Assembly (NCBI GenBank): GCA_964344035.1
Contig: CAYFLK010000002.1
Coordinates: 2,117-66,116 of the forward strand
DNA from: an uncultured Pseudomonadota bacterium
Lineage (GTDB): Bacteria; SAR324; NAC60-12
Length of the DNA stretch: 64,000 nucleotides
Direction of reading: 5' to 3'
Part shown: piece after piece, positions 61,835 through 64,000 of the stretch
How positions within the stretch are numbered: position 1 is the first letter of the stretch
Layout: every line of letters begins with the position of its first letter
Program-made: the position numbers and the translations under genes
Notes under the pieces: generated by a model
What the model saw: only the letters and a program-made list of their open reading frames with translations
Told to the model about the DNA's origin: nothing
Database searches by the model: none

Positions 61835-63187
61835 ATGGCACTCACGGATAACTTGACAGACTATTTCCAATTTCCCGCGGGCTGCGACCTGTTTTCCCGG
61901 TGGCAATCGGGAGATGAGGCAGCAAGGCAGAAGTTAAAGGCACTGTTTGATGCAGCGATCAAGGGTGAGTTTGATGCAGCATTTCGTGATCCGGCCCCGG
62001 CGAATTCAGTTTGTGTGACTACTTCCCTGCATTTGATGACGCTGACCGTTTTGAACCAGCTTTATGGATGGACTTCCGCGCAGTTTTACAAGGGCGATTC
62101 ACGTCGCTTCTTGCGCACCACCCTGATGACCCAGCGCCTGCTCGGCATCAACAAGTTGACGCTTGGCTGGCCGGTTTATGCGTTTGGCGCGGAAGCCGTA
62201 GGGCAGGCCATGATGTATCCGGATCAGCATGCGCCCGGTGCGGACCCAGGAGAGCCGATGCTAAATCATACGAACATGCATGTGTTGCGCACTCCTGATT
62301 TCGACAGTGAGATACCCAGGGTGATTGAAGAGATGCTTCACAACTTTTCGGAATTGACGGGTCTTGAACCGGTTGTGCATCTTCCCGCGCCCTACAGTTT
62401 TGCGGCGGATATTTTCGGGCAGGAAGAAGTGATAGCGGCGATGTACGATGAACCGGAGTTTGTTGTAGATTTGCTTGACCGGTTGACCGACGAGATACTG
62501 GTCCCCTGGTGCGAACGTTTAACGCGGAAATTTCAAGGCATCTGGCTCGAACTATCTGACGCTTCCGGCTCCCCTTTGTTCATAGGTCCGAGTTTGTTCC
62601 AACAAATCGCCGCGCTTCCGATCCAGCGGCTTATTTCCGATTTTCCATGGGGAGACCGTATCTATGTTGCCAACTACCGCGGGGATGTAACCCGGAAAGC
62701 TGCTTCCGGAGGGAGAGATCGAAAAGGGGGAGGACGGCGCAGGCGGCGGGTACAAAGCCCTGAAAAGGAAAACCTGTTATCGGGTCCGACCAAAGAGGGA
62801 TTAGTTGAACTGATAGAATTTAAGCTGAGTCTTTGTCCGGAGTTTATAATCAAGCTCGATGCTGATCAGTCTCCCGTTTCTGTGTATGTAGAACAAGCAC
62901 TGCGTCGTGAAAAACCATTGTATCTAGGAATAGGCGCGACACTCATCGACCGTAACAGCATAACTGACTCCGCGGCGGCAAAGCGGGGAGTCGCTGAACT
63001 TGCGTCATCCTACGCGCAGGCTGTCAAATCTGTCTCTGAATCGCTCGCCCTGAAGGGGTGCACACGCGCATACCTGGCCTGGCCCGGTGATGTTTACATC
63101 GAGGACATCAACGCGGAATCCGATCTTGAACTGGTGAAAATAATTGTCGAAGAGGTGGCTAAACATGGGGCGATAGACCAGGGTTAA
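61835..63187 (+). CDS. Uroporphyrinogen-decarboxylase (URO-D)/MtaA-like TIM-barrel family protein (tentative) with an Arg/Gly-rich insert
   Basis: The ATG at 61835 is preceded by AGGAAGG. Segments GWPVYAFGAEAVGQAMMYPDQ and LPAPYSFAADIFGQEEVIAAMYDEPEFVVDLLDRLTD resemble URO-D-family blocks by eye. The insert RKAASGGRDRKGGGRRRRRVQSPEKEN is encoded at about 62693-62773. Confidence 0.5.
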   Translation: MALTDNLTDYFQFPAGCDLFSRWQSGDEAARQKLKALFDAAIKGEFDAAFRDPAPANSVCVTTSLHLMTLTVLNQLYGWTSAQFYKGDSRRFLRTTLMTQRLLGINKLTLGWPVYAFGAEAVGQAMMYPDQHAPGADPGEPMLNHTNMHVLRTPDFDSEIPRVIEEMLHNFSELTGLEPVVHLPAPYSFAADIFGQEEVIAAMYDEPEFVVDLLDRLTDEILVPWCERLTRKFQGIWLELSDASGSPLFIGPSLFQQIAALPIQRLISDFPWGDRIYVANYRGDVTRKAASGGRDRKGGGRRRRRVQSPEKENLLSGPTKEGLVELIEFKLSLCPEFIIKLDADQSPVSVYVEQALRREKPLYLGIGATLIDRNSITDSAAAKRGVAELASSYAQAVKSVSESLALKGCTRAYLAWPGDVYIEDINAESDLELVKIIVEEVAKHGAIDQG

Positions 63188-63491
63188 ATTTAAACCGGGG
63201 TAAACTGAATTCTTTAGTGCCAGCACAGCGGATTGATCCCACCCATGCCTTTAGGGGTCCCGATTGAGCGCTTTTCCAAGCATATTCGTGCAGCCAAATC
63301 GATTCATGGATTGTAACATGCGCTCTTGTCCTTTATCGTTTTCACTTTTTGTTTAAGCCCGAGGAATGCACCCCGCCTGATTAGTTGCAGCCGTTTGAAA
63401 CGGGGTCACTTCAGGCTCGCTGACAAGGCAGGTGAATTCTTGCTGTCTCCCTAAGACTGTATCCGGATGAGCAGGAGCTTGAGGATAATGG

Positions 63492-64000
63492 ATGGATCAG
63501 GTTTTTGAAATCGTGCTGCCGATATTCGGCATCATGCTGCTCGGATTTCTGGGGGCGCGGATGAAATGGTTTGATGAATCCGCTGCACGAGGTCTTGCGC
63601 GCTTCGTCTTCGATTTTGCCATCCCGGTGCTGATGATCCGCTCGCTTTCACAGGCCGTTTTATTCGAACATTCCGCATGGCACTACCTGGCTGCGTATTT
63701 TGGCGCCACCATCGTGGTCTTTGTGCTTGGCTGGGGAATTGCCTGGTGGAAGAAGCGGAGTTTTTCAGAACGGGTTGTACATGCCTTCATCAGCAGTTTC
63801 GCCAACACCGTGCTGATGGGCATCCCGGTGGTTATGCTGACTTACGGGGATAAGGCCGTGCTGCCGCTCTTCATCATTGTCGGCGTACACAGCATGGCGA
63901 TGATGCCGAGCTTCACTATCCTTCTGGAAATCGGCAAAGGGATGGAAGCCTCACTGCACAAAGTGCTGTCGGGCATCCTGAAGGGGATCTTCACCAATCC
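63492..64000 (+). CDS. AEC-family (auxin efflux carrier-like) membrane transporter, 5' partial
   Basis: Begins MDQVFEIVLPIFGIMLLGFLGARMKWFDESAARGLARFVFDFAIPVLM, the typical AEC/Mem_trans N-terminus. The ORF runs off the right edge of the window. Confidence 0.75.
   Translation, partial: MDQVFEIVLPIFGIMLLGFLGARMKWFDESAARGLARFVFDFAIPVLMIRSLSQAVLFEHSAWHYLAAYFGATIVVFVLGWGIAWWKKRSFSERVVHAFISSFANTVLMGIPVVMLTYGDKAVLPLFIIVGVHSMAMMPSFTILLEIGKGMEASLHKVLSGILKGIFTN

Overview
This is a 64-kb chromosomal segment from a diderm (Gram-negative) bacterium. Lipobox lipoproteins, an outer-membrane beta-barrel protein and periplasmic binding proteins support that. GC looks mid-range by eye, with one clearly AT-rich stretch at about 20.6-24.3 kb. 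All domain calls come from reading the translations and recalling family motifs; no search was run.

Content from left to right:
- 1-7651 (-): the 5' part of a giant repeat lipoprotein gene with about 21-22 tandem repeats of ~115 aa. It is absent from the supplied ORF track because it runs off the window edge.
- 8.0-12.7 kb: a small OMP gene, then three co-directional genes. These are a TerB / PilZ-like / DUF2225 zinc-ribbon protein, a 530-aa Lys/Glu-rich coiled-coil protein, and an overlapping DUF123 GIY-YIG nuclease. I consider this the best candidate for an undescribed system.
- 12.7-20.6 kb: housekeeping genes (acyltransferase, cfa, an S41-like protein lacking the catalytic dyad, rsmA, lon, xdhC-family).
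- 20.6-24.3 kb: the AT-rich islet, with orphan ORFs, a c-type cytochrome whose heme motif reads FAKCH, and a DsbA gene paired with an unusual CPxC membrane protein.
- 24.7-28.9 kb: a REC-histidine kinase plus amidase, a DUF1353 lipoprotein, and a tRNA with anticodon CAT that looks like tRNA-Ile2.
- 29-40 kb: an amino-compound, possibly ectoine-type, catabolic neighbourhood. It holds an Lrp regulator, a class-III aminotransferase, an M24 hydrolase, an Asp/Glu-racemase-like protein, acyl-CoA ligases and a CoA-transferase-GNAT fusion. A Phd/VapC toxin-antitoxin pair interrupts it.
- 40.7-54.4 kb: a myo-inositol catabolic regulon (iolB, iolC-aldolase fusion, ABC importer, RpiR regulator, iolD, iolG, iolE). 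A matB-like ligase sits where iolA might be expected.
- 54.5-61.7 kb: a LacI-controlled CUT1 ABC importer with a cytoplasmic tandem-GDPD enzyme.
- 61.8-64.0 kb: a divergent URO-D-like gene carrying an Arg-rich insert, then a partial AEC transporter gene.

No rRNA, CRISPR array, transposase or integrase was recognised.
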